Assembly: GCA_964581585.1 (NCBI GenBank)
Contig: CAZOPG010000001.1
Span: forward strand, 1-24,102
DNA: 24,102 nucleotides
Direction: 5' to 3'
Origin: an uncultured Planctomycetaceae bacterium
GTDB taxonomy: Bacteria; Planctomycetota; Phycisphaerae; Sedimentisphaerales; UBA12454
Below the pieces are notes generated by a model. That model was given only the letters and a program-made list of their open reading frames with translations, was not told where the DNA came from and did no database searches. Made by a program: the position numbers and the translations under genes. Positions 22,294 through 24,102 of the stretch are shown piece after piece; within the stretch, counting starts at the first letter, position 1; each line of letters begins with the position of its first letter.

Positions 22294-24102
22294 TTATCTT
22301 TTCACCTTCACTTGGGCTGTTACACCGCTGGTTACATCGCGAACTTTTATAGTAAATTGGCCTTTATCATTCCAGGCAAATGGAATCTCTGTCTTTGCTT
22401 TGCCGTTTGTCGCAAGAATGTTTTGTGAATACCAGCGGAGTTCTTTGCCGTCCGGGCCAGATACGGAAAGATGAAATACATGCCTGGCCGGGGCGACTTT
22501 GCTATTGGTTTTAAGAGCCATATCAACAGAGTTTCCATTAGTAGTGAGACTTATACCGTCTACACGGTAAGGGCTGACCGCAAACAATTGAGCCTGATAA
22601 TCAAGTTTGACCGGCATCGTATTCATATGGCCGAGAAGTTTGCCCTGGCGGACATCATAGACGTAACCCTTACGACCAAAATCAATCGTTGCGGAGTATT
22701 CGCCATTGTCATATAGGAAATACGACCGAATCAGCCCGACAAGTTCCACACCGCCGGCATCAAAACGCGTAATCTCCACAGGTGGAATATCCTGGCCTGT
22801 AACTCGCACAGCGGGTTTGATATTGGCGTTTTCCGCCAGCAGTTTTACCATCTCATTCCATCGGCCTTCAAGTTTTCTCCAGTCTTTGCTCGTTGATTTG
22901 TGAATTGGACCATAATCATTCCAGGACTCACCGTAAATGACCGCCTTTTTGCCGTCTGTAAACAGCTCTTTCAGAAAGCTTTGTTCTTGCTGTGCACCTT
23001 TTTCATTATGCAGAGCCGGGGTAATATCAGCAAACACAACACCGCCTTTCTCGGCGAATGAAATAATCTGCTCAGCTTCCTTTTTAGAGATGGCTCGACT
23101 GTGCGGCATAAAGAAAGCTTTGAATCCATCCTTGGCAAGCTTACCGTTTTCTACCTGCTCATAAGAAACGAATTCATACTGGAGGCCGGCATCTTCGAGC
23201 ATTCGCGCAACCGACATAACGGCATCGACCCAGCCGTTGCACCAGCTATTGGTGGTCTTTTGGTAGAAACATTCAGTTATTCTGGAACTCTCAGAGAAAT
23301 GAATCGCTATCTTGTCGTTTTGTCGTTTACCTGCCAAAAGCAATTTGCCAATGCCGCCTTTAATCTGGCGAAGCGCTCGTGTGCGAGCCTCCATAAACGG
23401 CAGAGCCGTCATATCCTGAGCATGCCCGCTCATTGGCCCGGGTGAACCGTTTGTCCAGAACCACGAGGAGTTAAGCGAATGAAACAGGCTGTACCAGGGG
23501 TGATAATGGCAATATTCGATAGTGCTCGGCCCAATGCACCACGTCGGGCCGTATGTGCCGTACCACAGGCCTCGAACAGTATCAGCAGGTGCGAACGAGC
23601 GAAAGATTTCCATCTGGAGGTTTTCAGAATGATAAGAATGAAAAAGCTGAACATGTTTAGATAGCCGCCACAAGTCGCTGCCGATGTTTGGCTGAGTCAG
23701 TGAAAGGCCGCCGTCAAAACCAGTTCTGGCTCCGGGGTCATTAGCCCGCAGAGAATCGCCAACTGCTTCATAAAATTCTGCCCAGATAGCATCCGAGGCA
23801 AGCCGATGAACTACCCAAGGCGCATAATTGTTTGAATCTGTTGCCTGTTCAAGTGTTAACGGCATCACCTCTTACCAGTTAGCGTAAGCAGTCATCCATT
23901 CTTTGTTCAAGTCTTCAATACTACCGCCGTACATATGTTTTGCTTCCTGACGAAAACGCTTCAGGGCGTCTGGACCCCAGTCTAAATCCGGATCATGTGA
24001 ATAAAGGCTCTCGTCTCCGTGAGACCAGACATAAGGGCCGTAAGGAGCATAAACCTTTGAATCAATCAGGAAGCTCTTTTTATGCTTCGACACGTACTGT
24101 TC
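22294..24102 (-). pseudogene. Large GH42-like glycoside hydrolase with beta-galactosidase trimerisation-like domain, interrupted by an in-frame TAA at 23874-23872; the 5' part lies outside the window
   Basis: The track ORFs 23872-24093 and 22294-23868 share one frame, and that frame is open to the window edge (EQYVSKHKK...). The joined sequence reads RFRQEAKHMYGGSIEDLNKEWMTAYANW*EVMPLT...NYAPW. Downstream are IAIHFS, LEDAGLQYEFVS and a C-terminal Ig-like domain. Confidence 0.75.

Noticed and set aside
529-23664. The many 60-155 aa track ORFs nested in or antisense to the called genes
   Set aside because: They have no motifs or SD signals and are explained as alternate-frame shadows of longer, family-assignable CDSs.
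23872-23874. Stop-codon reassignment or Sec/Pyl readthrough
   Set aside because: The codon is TAA, not TGA or TAG, and TAA terminates other genes in this window.
1-24102. CRISPR arrays, tRNA/rRNA, IS elements, integrases, riboswitches
   Set aside because: I saw no regularly spaced repeats, cloverleaf or rRNA signatures, transposase or integrase motifs, or riboswitch consensus. The 6100-6145 segment was compared with the c-di-GMP-I consensus and did not fit.

Overview
Bacterial chromosome window, probably Planctomycetota, class Phycisphaerae (inferred from gene content such as a PEP-CTERM-like protein and SusCD-independent glycan genes; not verified). It has three parts. (1) 1-304, minus strand: the 5' end of a Ca2+/Na+ antiporter, preceded by an unannotated 25-aa Arg/Lys-rich micro-ORF. 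(2) 402-12241, plus strand, mostly housekeeping: a Cys-rich hypothetical, D-amino-acid aminotransferase, DEAD-box helicase, a ParA/Soj ATPase fused to a glycogen-binding (AMPK-beta/CBM48-type) domain, a P-domain PEP-CTERM protein, an AsmA-like protein, trpS, scpA, trxA, aspS and a heme-c HAMP histidine kinase. An unannotated 58-aa (D/E)RR-repeat micro-ORF lies on the minus strand before trpS. (3) 12394-24102, minus strand: a glycan-catabolic cluster with a Na+:solute symporter, a GH95-like enzyme with altered catalytic residues, an unclassified TIM-barrel hydrolase, GH172/DUF2961, a C45 Ntn-hydrolase, a CBM9-like protein and a large GH42-like gene broken by one in-frame TAA. I found no rRNA, tRNA, CRISPR array or mobile element. 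The best leads are the ParA-glycogen-binding fusion, the candidate c-di-GMP-binding micro-protein, the 25-aa basic micro-protein and the glycan cluster.
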